Notes: generated from the letters alone by a model not told the origin. Shown: positions 23,731 to 36,884, counted from the stretch's first letter. The stretch is 64,000 nt of DNA from Octopus sinensis (GCF_006345805.1 NC_042997.1:87978001-88042000); one strand, 5' to 3'. Made by a program: numbers and translations.

Positions 23731-26700
23731 CTCATACAGTGATATTTATATATAAAACACACACATTATGTCTATGTGTGCTATGTCCAGAGATGCTTGT
23801 GGGAAGTGGAGAGTCAGTGAAGACATGAGAAGTTGTTTATATCCAGGTCAGCATTGACTGAATAAACCAGTGATTAAAGGCCTTCTGGTCATCTCTGTCT
23901 TGACATTTTTTTTCAGATATAGGTGTCTCTTGGACTACATTCCATTTTTAAGACAACTGGTTGTGGTTTCTAATTCAAGCTGGTTGAATAAATACATTGA
24001 AACTCCTTCATTGACTTCTTCCATACTTAGATGTTGAGAGGTCAGGAGTGATGCTCAGCTTCACAGACAAGAAGAATGGCAGTTTGCTATATTGCAAACT
24101 TATATGACTCATGCTTGCATTGAAATATAATGAATCTTAAAAGGACGAAGGTAATAAGATTGTGGAAAAGAAAATGATAAAATAACATCTGTCTTGAATA
24201 GCAAAAGCTAAGTTTAAAAATTTCTCTTAAATATGCAAAGAAATCTTTAACTCTGGCAAATGTGATTTAAGAGTTTACTTGAACTTTTTAATTAGATATC
24301 TTTATCAATAATGCATTGTTTCTATTAAATTAAAGAAACCATGATAATATTTGAGCTTAGTGTATATACATACACACACACACTGACACACACATATATG
24401 CACACATACATATGTAAATGTACACACACATACAAAACACTCAACAGTTATACAATTATATAATGCTCTCACTTTTCATAATAGCAAACTATCTTGATGC
24501 AAGCCAATGGAGGAAGTCTCAATGCATTTTTTTGACTTGTTGAAAATAGCAAACAAACTTGACTTAAATCATGCCTTCACTTTTAAATCTAAATAAAAGA
24601 AAGATATAATGGACAATGTAGTTCCTGATACACTAACAAAAAAACAAAAAAGGCTGGTCACAGCTGGAGCATCTTTGATCATAGACCTATTTGATTGGAT
24701 CGGAATTGGCTTACATTTAAACAACAGTATTTCATGGTACAATTTTATAGTTAAGTAGACTGAATGAGCAAGGATTAAGTGTTTGGACCATAGATACAGA
24801 TCACTGGCTGTCATGAGATAGAAACAAATGACCTCTTGACCGAGTTAGCATTACCTTTCATGTTATATTAGAATTAATTAAAAAACTAATCTGCTATTTG
24901 GAATAACTAGAAAACAAATGATTCATTTCTAAGCATGATTTTTCATTATTGTTGTTGTTGCTGCTGCTGTTGTTGTTGTTGTTGTTTCATTTCTAAAGTT
25001 CATTTTGGCAACAATTCTCAGAAACATTTATTCATAAACCACCACAATATATAGCATTTACTTTCTAATGCTGTCATCATATATTATGGTAAGATTTTAT
25101 TGATCTTATCTTCAGAAGCTTTTAAGCATCATTAGATTTACAGAAATTGCCTACAGCAGTTTTTGATATTGCACAAGTGTGAACATCGTTATCTATGCAC
25201 AATCTCATCAGTTGGTAACTTTTTGCATAAATTTCAGGAAAAAAACATATGGGCCAGTATATTGGTCGATCACTTTGGGATTTTATGTTGCAAAAGCTAT
25301 GATTTTACAAATCTTCTGAAGGTTCTCACTGATTGTAAACATTTTTATATTGATATCTTGAACATTAGCATTAGAAGTTCCCACTCACCTTTAATATTCA
25401 TTCTTGCATTTATTTATTTATGAAATTAAATTACAACATTGAAATATTGGAAATGAGAGGGATTAGGTATTATTATCAAGGTAGAAATGACTGGGTGGCG
25501 TTAGATATCAGTCGGTAAGGTGGGGAAGACAACAGAGGTGAAGAATCAATAGAATAATGATTGGGTGTGAATGTCTGAATGTCCTTTTTTAAGATTGTAG
25601 GCTGTGGTTTGAGGTATACTTGGTTGCTTTTTCAAGCAAGTTGAGTCTCCATGTTAACTTGTAATAATAAGATTGAAATAATCATTATGTTAACCCTTTT
25701 TTCCCCCCATATTTCTGTTCAAATATACTGCTTTTGTTTTTATTAGTTTTGAAAGTAATGAAGAATTTAGGAATATAACTTTGTCATTATGAAGCTGGTG
25801 TTTAGGACACAAGTTAACATGAAATTTTGATGGAAGGTTTTAATTAAGATCATTTTAAAACACAGAGTTTTCTAAGAGCCAAGGGCATTTTCAAACAAGT
25901 TGGTATCAAAAGGGTTAATAAGATGGGCATCTGTGAGGTATTAGATGGGTCAGAATTTATTGGATATTCATAGGCCAGGAATTGTCTTGATGTGTTAATG
26001 GGGTGGCTATTTTGATGAGATGGATTTGATGAAACCAAACCATAGAAGATGACTGAGGTATAAATAGAGAAAGGATAACTCTAAAGTAAGGGTGGTGTAA
26101 AAGGATTTGAGGTACTGTGTTATGTAAGTTGGCTGAACTTAATTTGTGCTGTATCTTTTACTTTAGATGCTTGTGGTTGCTGCTTATTTCTGAGAAATAT
26201 TTTATATGCTAAGAGACATGTGCAGGCCCCCTTATTCTAACATGTTTTGCATTAAGTGATTTATTCCACCAGTTTCTGTGAGAGAATTATGATTTATTGC
26301 AGAATTTTACTTCAAACATATAAACAGTTACACACCACCTTTGTTACAATAATAAATAGTACCTCAATATGGGTTGTTAAATGCCAAAATAGATTGTTAA
26401 GATTTGCTTTTTCTAAGGTTACAATATTATACCAATCGTAGAATATATTTTGATTCCCTGTCTGATTAGCCAAGATCCATTTGTCCATTTCTTTTTAATA
26501 ATTCAGCTGTAAAGTGTTTCTTACAGATAGTTGCCACTGTTGCAAAAACAGAAAAGACCTAGATTGCTATGCTACCAGTATCAGTAGGATGAGCTGATGT
26601 GAGAACTGCTACATGGTTGCTTAACCCTTAAATGGTGGACATCATCAATTGACCTTTCATTAGAGAACATCATCAAAGAAAAGTGAATATTTTATAGCAC

Positions 26701-26785
26701 TTTTTGATAATGAGTTTGTATATTCTATTGTATAAGAAACAAACAATTGTTATAGTTTTTGTATATATTTAAGTGAAAATACATA

Positions 26786-27125
26786 TAGGCGCAGGAGTGG
26801 CTATGTGGTAAGTAGCTTGCTAACCAACCACATGGTTCCGGGTTCAGCCCAGGGCTGACCAATGCCTTGTGAGTGGATTTGGTAGATGGAAACTGAAAGA
26901 AGCCTGTCGTATATATGTATATATATATATATATGTATGTGTGTGTCTGTGTTTGTCCCCCTAGCATTGCTTGACAACCGATGCTGGTGTGTTTACGTCC
27001 CTGTCACTTAGCGGTTTGGCAAAAAGAGACCGATAGAATAAGTACTGGGCTTACAAAGAATAAGTCTTGGGGTTGATTTGCTCGACTAAAGGCGGTGCTC
27101 CAGCATGACTGAAACAAGTAAAAGA
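26786..27125 (+). mobile_element. Family A SINE, young subfamily, CORE-like block deleted
   Basis: Almost the exact reverse complement of 462-838 (GCTAACCAACCAC, CCCCCTAGCATTGCTTGACAACCGATGCTGG, CCTGTCACTTAGCGG), but lacks the segment between TTCAG and CCAGGGCTGACC. Confidence 0.88.
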
Positions 27126-27149
27126 AGAAAAAAAAAAGATATTAGACTG

Positions 27150-27350
27150 GTCAATACCAGTGACATGTAAAAGGCACCCATGTTGGTGATACAAAAGACA
27201 CCTTGGACTGGTGTTAGGAAGGACATCCAGTTGTAGAAACCAAACCAAAACAGATTGGAGCCTGGTGCAGCTCTCCAGCTTACCATCTCCAGTGAAACTG
27301 TCTAACCCATTCCAGCATAGAAAACTGGCATTAAATAATGATAATGATGT
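27150..27350 (+). mobile_element. RTE LINE 3' UTR fragment
   Basis: AGGAAGGACATCCAGTTGTAGAAAC...GATTGGAGCCTGGTGCAGC...CCAGCATAGAAAACTGGCATTAAATAATGATAATGATG matches the reverse complement of 50490-50620 and 35280-35420. Confidence 0.7.
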
Positions 27351-28154
27351 ATAAAAATTACCCTGAAGAAAAACATTTTTTGTTTTTACCCATTTGACAC
27401 ATTTTTATGCAAACCATTCCCATTATCCAAGGGTTAATATGCTAGAAATGATAATCAAATTCTCTCATTATACACCTATACTTTCTTAAAAAAGACAATG
27501 TAATCTTAAATTCACTATGACAGAAGAAAAAGAAGAAAAAAGACTGCTTTATTGTAGGTGGACTGTTTTTGAACAAGTGTCTGCTTAATCAAAGCCAACT
27601 TGGGGGTTAAACAACAACAATATTCTTTGGCATTGTTCTTAGAGAACAGATATATTCATGCCAATTTAGAAAAATATAGCTGAAGTGAGTAATAAAACAA
27701 GTGAAACACCAGACAGTATTTGACATCATTTTTCATCATGAAATCAAATGAAAGGAAAATGAAGCCAAACATCAGCTGCTTAACTACTCATGTAGTCAGT
27801 GATATCGAGTATAATTAGCTCTATTGATGATGTCAGCAAAGAATAAATAATAGTTTTCTATAATCAGGAATTTGGAGTTAATTGTCCATACAACCATAAT
27901 AGCACATCTAAAGTCTGTAAATATTGGAATGAACAGTTTTATGCCCACTTCCTTCGAAGCAGCCAAATCTCCCTCAAACTACACTCAACTTTTTTTGAAA
28001 GAGAAAAGGACACATTAAATAATGAAGTTCTAAATATTGCCAAAAAGATGAAATAATCATGGTTTCAATGTTTTTGATTATAAGCTTGTTCAGTTTGGGC
28101 TGAGGGTTAAGCAACTGCAGCAACATGTAAATATCAATTTAGAAATATTAGAGT

Positions 28155-28330
28155 GAATGCTCATGGTGTAGCGGTTAGGGTATTTGGCTCATGATCATTT
28201 GGTCATGAGTTCAAATTCCCTTTACATCATGTTGCTCCAATTCACTCAGCTGGCAAGAATGAGTAGTGCCTGTATTTCAAAGGGCCAGCCTCGCCTCACT
28301 CTGTATCTCCCTGAGAACTACGTTAACCCC
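28155..28330 (+). mobile_element. tRNA-derived SINE head (third family), 3' boundary uncertain
   Basis: GCTCATGGTGTAGCGGTTAGGG (A box) ... GAGTTCAAATTCCC (B box), followed by TTCACTCAGCTGGCAAGAATGAGTAG. Confidence 0.55.
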
Positions 28331-28689
28331 ATAATGTCTGTTGACGTAAATCTACATGTACTGTGTACTCGCTTTGAATCAGATGTTGAAAATATACACA
28401 GCCCTATCTGCTACGGTTTTATACCTGTTTGTGTACTGGTTAATGTAAATATCCGCTATCACTCACAGAATCAGTAATAGAGGCCACCATGCAAATCTCA
28501 AGGAATCTGATAGGTTTGTTAGACTCTTCATGTAAATATTTCCAACTCAGTTTGAGACTTCATCACCATAATACTATAAAAGCAGCAGTCTTGGCAGTTA
28601 CCATTTCCACTATGATTTCTTATCAAATTCATACATGTTCAGCAAATTCTTTTGGTCCTTCACCAATTTTACAGTTGCATCCAGCTATG

Positions 28690-29300
28690 CCAGTTTCGTT
28701 GAATTTACAGTATTTATATATATTTATGAGTATTTTTAAATATTTTTAAATACCTACGAGTTTTTATCTTATATCATATCGACGTTTTTTATACCTATTT
28801 ATGTATCTATGTGTTTATATATTTTTAGATATTTTAAAATATTTGCATGTTTTTAAATATTAAATATTTATATGTTTATATTCTTATATGTTATTAATAC
28901 TAATATTATCTCGAAATTTCAATTGATTTCTTAATGTCGAAGAAAGTACACATCTATTGGATAATAGGTCATGTTCCATTAGTTTTCTGCTGGTATTGCC
29001 TCCATTCAAATTATAAATTGGAACTTAGCTCAATTTGAGTACTTCGATTCTAGCCTGTTTCTGAGTATTGTAAAAGTTAACAATCTCTATATAATATATA
29101 TATATATTTATATATATATAATATATATGTGTACTTTCTTTGACATTAATAAATAAATCTAAAGTTCGAGATAATACTAGTATTAAAAACATACAAGTAT
29201 ATAAACATATAAATATTTAATATTTAAAAACACGCAAATATTTAAAAATATTTTTAAATATTTAAAATATTTATAAATGCGTAGGCATTTCAAGGCTGAA
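28690..29300. mobile_element. AT-rich fold-back / MITE with long terminal inverted repeats
   Basis: AAATACCTACG (28749) pairs with CGTAGGCATTT (29280). 28830-28919 is the reverse complement of 29161-29251. AATGTCGAAGAAAGTACACAT pairs with ATGTGTACTTTCTTTGACATT. Non-coding spacer of about 175 bp. Confidence 0.8.
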
Positions 29301-30169
29301 ATCTCCACTTCTGAATTTTGCAAATCATCTTCTGCAAGTTCTTTCATTCAAACATTCTTTCCCATAAACTGAGTGTATATTTCGAGTTGCTTCGGCTGCA
29401 GAGTTTCTGTTTTTTGTACTCACAAAGCATTATGTGCTTTAAATGCTCTGTGGATAGTTCCATTTTAGAAAGGGTTTTAATGAAAGAAATTTTAATTCTA
29501 TTATTCTGTAAAATAATATTTAATTAGTTTAAATGTACACAAATGTATAAAAATAATTTTTAATTCCATTAGACATTCTAAAATACTATTAAATTTCATC
29601 CAATTGTAACAAAGGTAAAATCGTTCAGAACTTATGAGATGACCTGATAGTTAAGGGAGCTTTGGCTGGTATTTTATTTGGTTAGATGACAATGCAAAAG
29701 TTGTGTTGCTGGTTTTACTAAGTTTACTGCTTATGTCACCTGTAGTAATCTAAACAATTTATAACCAAATTATTTTTAACGTCCGTTGTTTAATAAACAC
29801 AAGTTAAATTTCTTACTTCAGTAAATAAAATCATTGTCTATAGTTTAATATTAGTCAGGAAATTGGATCATTGATTCAAACATTTGCTTTGTCAATACCA
29901 TCAATTTTGCAAACTATCACAACAGACAGTTCTCAGTTACAATAATATATTTACTGAGCTTAATAATGATAGCTTAACATTTCAAAGTGGATGCAATTCT
30001 CTGAGATCTGAAAAGAAAGAAATACAGAATATTTGTACAGTTGTATACTGACTACAGCAGAAAAACACTCTTTCATTTTAGTACTTTGTTTTCTTAATAT
30101 AAGAGTTGAAATAGGTAGCAAATTCTTTCTTACTTTTTCTTTTTGCATGCATATGCTTTAATTAATCTT

Positions 30170-30364
30170 TTGTCTTCTACTTACTTCAGTCTGTTCCCAT
30201 GCTGGAGCACTGCCTTGAAGGGTTTTGTTGAACCAAGTGACCCCAATATTTATTTTTTAAGTATGTTACTTATTCTTTTGATCTTTTTTGCTGAGCTACT
30301 AAGTTATAAGGAAATAAACTAACCAACACTGATTGTCAAGAGGTGGGGGAGGGATAAACACACG

Positions 30365-30424
<60 letters not shown>

Positions 30425-30570
30425 TAAACACATACACACATACAATGGGCTTCCATTCTGTCTACCAAATTCTCTCACAAGGCATTAGTCAGCATGGGTT
30501 ATAAGTACAACTGAACCTGGAACCATGTGGTTGCAAAGCAAACTTCTTCATCACACAATTGTGCCTGTAC
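30170..30570 (-). mobile_element. Family A SINE, degenerate
   Basis: CATGCTGGAGCACTGCCTTGAAGGG tail, (TA)n middle and GAACCTGGAACCATGTGGTTG head. Confidence 0.75.
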
Positions 30571-31204
30571 CTATAGAGAAAGAATCCAAATTAACTGAGA
30601 CATACTGAAAGAAAAAATTAAAAGATAAAGAAAAGATTTGATTGAAAAGTTAATCCACATTCCTGGATTCATCAATTCCCAACATCAATTTTAGGTTAAG
30701 TTTATATATGTGAATGAATTCACTTCCTACCCTGATCAACTTTATCTTTGCTTTTTGCTCTTCTGGGGTTGGTATAATAAAATGCCAGTTAAATATTGGT
30801 GTCAATATAGTCGATTATACACTTGTCCCAAAATTTGTTGCATTTTGTCTGTTAGGAATCAATATTTTTCTGTTATCCTAACATGAGAATTGTATTGAAA
30901 ATAATGCAAAAACAAGCAAAACTTTTACATTAACTAATGTGAGTCATTCAAATTGCACATGCTGATAAAGCAATGCTTCCTCTATACAAAGATATTACTC
31001 AATATAGTCTCCTTAAACGATGCATTTGCACTATCATTGAACAAAAGACTGTTCTTCATTAGACTTTATAGCTGGAAGTTGACAGGTACCAGATCCAGCT
31101 TGTATAATTGAGGTTGTACCACTGACCAGCCCAGTTGGCTAATTGTCATATTTGTTGTTAATGATGTGTGTGATCATGTATTGTCATAGCAATACATGTT
31201 TACT

Positions 31205-31400
31205 TCACGACTATATGGGATTTGGGTTCAGTCATACTGTATGGTACCTTGGACAAGAATCTACTATGGCTCCTGGTTCATCAATGCTTTGTGAGTGAAT
31301 TTGGTAGATGTAAACTATATGGAAGCCAATCATGTTTACATATGTATTTTGTGTGTGTGTATACGTGCAGCATGCATGTGTGTGTACATGCATGTGTGCA
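31205..31400 (+). mobile_element. Family A SINE 5' fragment
   Basis: GGGTTCAGTCATACTG...CCTTGGACAAG...TTTGTGAGTGAATTTGGTAGATG. Confidence 0.65.
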
Positions 31401-31878
31401 TGTATGTGTATACACTGATGAATGTGAAATAAGGTAAATAAAAAGTACTCAAATACTTTTTTTTATTAAAGCCAAAAAAATCTCTGTATCTATCCACTGC
31501 CTATCAATCTATCTATCTGCCTGTCTGTCTGTCTGTGTGTGTGTACACACACAAACACAGTAGGTGAAAAGACAGTATTATGAGCAGATAAAAGATGAAC
31601 AACAATTTGTGGTTGGAGTAGTCCAGATTCTTAGAATCCTACCTCTTACTCAAGGTAGAATTGTTTCCACGGAATTTATCTCTTTGTATGTGTGCTTGCA
31701 TATGTGTAAAGAGAGAATTCTCTTTGAATTGCAATTTGGTAGCACATTTGTCAGCTGAACATTAAAAATAGCCTTCGCTTCATTAGAAACTTTATCTCTT
31801 TACTTATTATTCAACGTAATCCAGTTTTAGCACATACATTCAGTAACTATTACGAAAATATCTCATTTTTGCCTACAG

Positions 31879-31943
31879 ATCAAAATTAATGATGACATAT
31901 ATGCATCGATTGTTTCACTTTGTTTAATATGTATTTCATTTAT
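31879..31943 (+). CDS. Weak candidate exon (phase 0 to 2), IKINDDIYASIVSLCLICISF
   Basis: Acceptor ctcatttttgcctacag, donor TAT|gtgagt, single open frame. It does not chain directly with the other exons and may be repeat-derived. Confidence 0.25.
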
Positions 31944-32764
31944 GTGAGTAAAAGCATATTTTGGTTAATATTTTGTAAGTTACTATGTATGCCTGAAGAA
32001 TTTGTCGTTTCTTATTCAGTTCAAGATCCATCAAACATTACAGCATCAATTATTTGACCAAATTTTGTTTTGTAGCTCTGTTGCTGAGATCACAGGGACT
32101 TTCTTGATTCTTTGAAAAACCCAGGAGCATGAATTTGAAATGAGTCTCTTGACATTTTTATCATATATGCTTCTTTCAGTCATTAAATTTGGATACTTGC
32201 AGTTAAGTACTGGCCTTTAAAAAACATAATGCTGAACATTAGATTTTAATATATTTTTAAAGTTACATGCCATAGGTCTATATAACAATACAATCTGTTT
32301 GCATGTAGTTAAAATATGGAAAATAGATAGAAATTGAGCAAGCACATAAAATGAACAAAATAGATAAGGAATTAGACTACTTACTCTTAAATTTTAAGTT
32401 TAAGCATTTTACTCTGTTTCTGAATAGAACACAATATTCTGCATTGCTTTAATTCACCAATCTGTTTGGAATATCTTCCAGATCATCTGAGAATGTTAAA
32501 TGCAAATGATTAGATTAGATTGTTCTTTCCAGTAGAATATTTCTCTCATCCATATAATGCCATGAAACCAGAGTTAAGTACTGGCCTTTAAAAAACCCCT
32601 TTGGGCTTAGGAGAATTTTGATTTTCAGATAAGCGCAAATGCTGTGAATATATGAATCAGACACCAAGACACATGTGCACTTACAAACAAACACTCATGC
32701 ACTCTATAATCATGTAGCATGAGTCCTGGAACAGAAAACATTAAATATTCATTTACATCAGGAG

Positions 32765-32905
32765 TGGTTGTGTGACTAAGAAGCTTTCTTCCCAACCATG
32801 TGGTCTTATAGTCAGTCTCACTGTACAGCATGTTAGACAAGTGTCTTCTACTATAGCCCAGACCAACTGGAAACTGAAAGAAGCATGTCATATATATATA
32901 TATGT
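32765..32905 (+). mobile_element. Family A SINE 5' fragment
   Basis: GGAGTGGTTGTGTGACTAAGAAGC...GACAAGTGTCTTCTACTATAGCCC...GGAAACTGAAAGAAGC. Confidence 0.7.
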
Positions 32906-33371
32906 ACACATATGTGTTGTTGGTTATGACCAGTCAGAAAGTTACCCTTGATTTCACATCTATTATTGCTCTTAGCAATATAGGTGACTCATCAGACCTG
33001 CTGGCCAGAAGCACATAACCTTTTTACTAATGGAGGTAAAAATACAATCTTGTTCAGCATGGTGGTGAAAAAAAAACCCTGAATAGAAATTCTTCAGAGC
33101 CTGATGGAGTTATCTCCCTTCGAATGGTTCCAGTTACGTCCAAAAGCTTTTTAAATTCAAAACCAAGGTGTACATAAAATATTACTGCTAGAATAAAATT
33201 TTTTATAATGTGTTATTTTTTTTTTACTTAGGGACAACTGACCAATTATATGTGTGTGTGATTGTATATATGTGTGTGATTGTATATATGTGTGTGTGCA
33301 TATATATGTGTGTATGTATATGTGTGTTCTGTATGTATATATGTGTGTGTATGTATATATGCATACATATA

Positions 33372-34190
33372 TTGGGTCATTCCATATATAATGCAGTTTT
33401 TTATACTTCTTTTATTTTTCAAAATCAAGATAAACAAAAGTCTTTTTTAATCTAAATTATACTCTCCTTCATATTATACAATGTTTTCCCATCTATCTGA
33501 TAGACTTGCAAGGCTCCTCTTCCAAAATTCACTTGTCCGTGATGAAAGTTACTCCATCTACAGAATTCATATTTTTTCCATCCAAATAAATGATAATCAG
33601 ATGGGGCAATGTCTAGCAAATATGCTGGGTAGGGCATCATTTCCCATTCAAACTGCTCCAGCCTTTGGAATGTCATCTTCGTTGTATGTGGTCAAGCATT
33701 ATCCTGAAGAACACCTTTCATCTTGAAACCAAAGATGGTTGTTTTTCTTCTAGTGCTTACTTGAATGACCAAATCCAAGCTTTTCTGCTAGTTCCTCAAC
33801 AGTTATGATGGGATTTTGTTCCACCAGGGTTTGCAGGACATCCTCATCAAGCTCTACAGATCTTCCAGGATGAGTCTCATCTTCTAGTTTGTAGTTTCCA
33901 GCCTGGAATTTCTGGAACCACCATTGACACTGGCTTACACTTATTGTCAAATCTCCCTCATGCTTTCCATTGCATTTTTGCCTTTATTGAACTCATAAAA
34001 CAAAATATGCCAAATATGCTTCTTTGTCATTTCCATTAATAACTGTTAAAATCAAACTGCACTCTTCAAAACTTGCACTAAGAATAAGGACAATGTAAAA
34101 TTACTACCTGCTTTTATAGCAAGTTGATGCAGTTAGTTTATCCCATCCCCCTCCAACTTTTAGTTCATGCAATTGAAAAAAAATGCATTA

Positions 34191-34195
<5 letters not shown>
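33372..34195 (-). mobile_element. Internally deleted mariner of the same family as 19189-20454
   Basis: TA-TTGGGTCATTCCATATATAATGCAGTTTTTT TIR at 33372. The minus strand encodes MEMTKKHIWHIL...ISVSQCQWWFQKFQAGNYKLEDETHPGRSVELDEDVLQTLVEQNPIITVEELAEKLGFGHS, joined directly to the LEEKQP/QDNA/PYPAYLLDIAPSDYHLF region (ATG at 34036, end about 33447). The other TIR is truncated by (TG)n. Confidence 0.9.
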
Positions 34196-34227
<32 letters not shown>

Positions 34228-34944
34228 ATGTCTCATTGTGTTCTTATATTTGTTCCCCACCACCACTTGACAACACAACCAGTGTTGGTTTATTTACATT
34301 CCCATAATTAATGGTTTGGCAAAAGAAAGTCATAGTATATGAGGCTTTAAAAAAGTACTAAGGTCAATTTCTTAACTAAACCCTTAAAAATGGGTTGTAT
34401 ACATGAAATTCTTACTGTTATGCCTTTGGAGTTTGAATAGTATGGTTTCTCCTTCACGATCAGCTAAACACTGAGTTGAGTTATCAAAATTTTTCCAAAA
34501 TTACATTGCCTTGCATCTGTGCATCAGAAACTATAATTTCAGCTTGTTAACTAATTTTATCAGACTGAGCAAACTTCATTCTTAAGCTTCCGTTGAAATA
34601 ACCTGTTTTTTCTGACCAGATTTTCATCTGATCTCGTTTTCAACCTTACTGATAATTTCAAATAATAGCAGTGTTGAGACAACAGAATATCAGATCAGAT
34701 GCTTTACTATAGTGTGTTTGTTACTACACTGCTCTGATATCAAATATTATCATTGACTACTCTCCTGCAAAAATTGGTCTTCTTTTGAAGTGATCTAGCA
34801 TGGAAAACGGACGCTAAACGATGATGATCATCCTCATCATCATCAAAAAACCTACCCCATTTTGAAATCATTCTGTTTGGTTAAGAATGTGTCTATGTAA
34901 ATGGAGAATGGAGTAATTTTTACTTAAACCTGAATTAATTCAGA

Positions 34945-35670
34945 CAGAAGTGTGGCTGTGCAGTAAGAAGCTTGTTTCCCAACCACATGATTCAGAATTC
35001 AGTCCAACTGTGTGACACCTTAGGCAAGTGTCTTCTATAGCTTCAGGCCAACCAAAGCCATGTGAAAAAAACTGAAAGAAACCTGTCATATATTTGTGGC
35101 ACATAAAAAGTACTGTTTGGGTGTAGGGCCTTATGGAGGCAATGACAAGTGACCAAGACCTTTGGTGATATACTGTGCCTGTGTAGACTTGTTAAGCCAA
35201 GTGAGGTTATAGTTGTGGTTGATGCTGGTGTCATATCAATGGCACATAAAAAGCATCCACTACACTCTTGAAGTAGTTTGTGTTAGGAAGGGCATTTAGC
35301 TGTAGGAACCTTGCCAAATCAGATTGGAACCTGGTGCAGCTCCCCGGATTACCAGTTTGCAGTCAAACCATCCAATCCATGCCAGCATAGAAAGTGACCT
35401 TTAAATGATGATGATGATATATAAATATGTGTGTCTGTGTGTGTCTTCGTATCTATGTTTGTTCTCCCCACCACCACCACCATCACACTTGACAACTGGT
35501 ACTCTTGTGTTTATGTCCCCGTAACTTAGTTTGGCAAAAGAGACTGATAGAATAAGTACCAAGCTTTTAAAAAGTAAGTACTGGGGTCAATACATTCGAC
35601 TAAAAATTCTTCAAGGTGGTGCCTCAGCATGGCCATAGTCTAATGACTGAAACAAGTAAAAGATGAAAGA
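34945..35670 (+). mobile_element. Family A SINE split by an RTE 3' UTR insertion (35100-35420)
   Basis: SINE head at 34945-35095, RTE 3' UTR ending ATGATGATGATG at about 35418, then the SINE body and tail at 35420-35670. Confidence 0.7.
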
Positions 35671-36884
35671 TATTTGTTTCAGAGGCCACTACATTGTGAT
35701 CTAACCTGCTAGAAATAGCAGCCAAATCTCTTTCAAAATCACATCCTTATCATAAAAAGGGAAAATCATATTCGATAATGTAATCCCAAATATACTGTCT
35801 GAAAAAATGACAGAACAATCATGACTGAATTGCGTTTGATCATAGGTTGGTTCAAAGATGGCTTATGTGAAGCTATACAACTTCAGTTTGATTTACTATT
35901 TATCATCACACTACAATCAGTCATTGCATCAAGAAGATTTTATGGTTAATAATTCTCAGTTAGCCCCTCTCTCTATCCTGAAGGTTAGATAAAAGTTATG
36001 GTTTTGCTTGAAATATTACTAATGATAGAGAAGGGATATATTTAGTAAGTATTCCAGATGGATGCAGAACTGAGTAAGGATTGCAGAAACTGTTTATTAT
36101 GATGTAATTTGGGATGTGAAAGTCATAACGTGAGTGTTGAGATGAAAGAAAGGATTATGTGAGCGCTGTATAGAGTCAGCAATTTCAGAGCAGCAGAACC
36201 ATTGTTGCAGCAGTAATTGTTAAGAGAAGGAAAATGGATTATTTTATTGGCAAACGAGTTAGAAGAAAGTCTTCAGCATTGTATATGTTCAATGAAAATA
36301 GGAAAGGATAGAAGAAAGGTAGCTGGATTATAAGACAGTTTCTGAGAGGTTTTAATCAAACTTAGTCAACATATTAAAATCAACATATTAAAATAGAGCA
36401 ACTGGAAATCAGTTGCTAAATATATATAACTAGCAGAGGGAGCCCCTACAAGAAATAGAAAACTGTAGGATCTGAGAGAATTAACACTTATGTTGGTTTC
36501 TATAATGCTCTTTATAATGTTCACAAATTTTTGTGAGACACGTGTGAAGTTAAAATACTGGACTATTAATTCCATAGATATGGGCTGAAGCCATACAGTT
36601 ACATGTTATATTGTGTCTTCATGCTAGACACATAATTATGTTTCTCAAGTGACAAACAGGCTTTGTATTTACATCTCATTTGAGTGATTATCATTAGGAA
36701 CTGTAAAAGTGTACAAATGTTCAATTTTCAAAATTTTTATGTTAAACTCCATTCTACATATTTTATCATGAATAAATGCACGTATAATTTCAAAGCTCCT
36801 TGAATAAATTTCAGCTTGAGTTCTATATTTAAGAATATATTATTTACATTTGACAGATATTTGTCCTCATCTTGTTTGTTTTTA

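Noticed and set aside
26786-26860. tRNA-like A/B boxes (also at about 770-838, 28158, 56665)
   Set aside because: These are SINE heads: no complete cloverleaf or acceptor stem, and they continue into SINE bodies.
31412-31432. CTGATGAATGTGAAAT hammerhead-like string
   Set aside because: No stems I or III can be formed; it sits at a SINE/microsatellite edge and is probably chance.
32930-33000. Minus-strand CTGATGAG...GAAA with an internal hairpin (possible hammerhead)
   Set aside because: No base pair closes stem II next to GAAA, there is no NUH in register, and no stem I.
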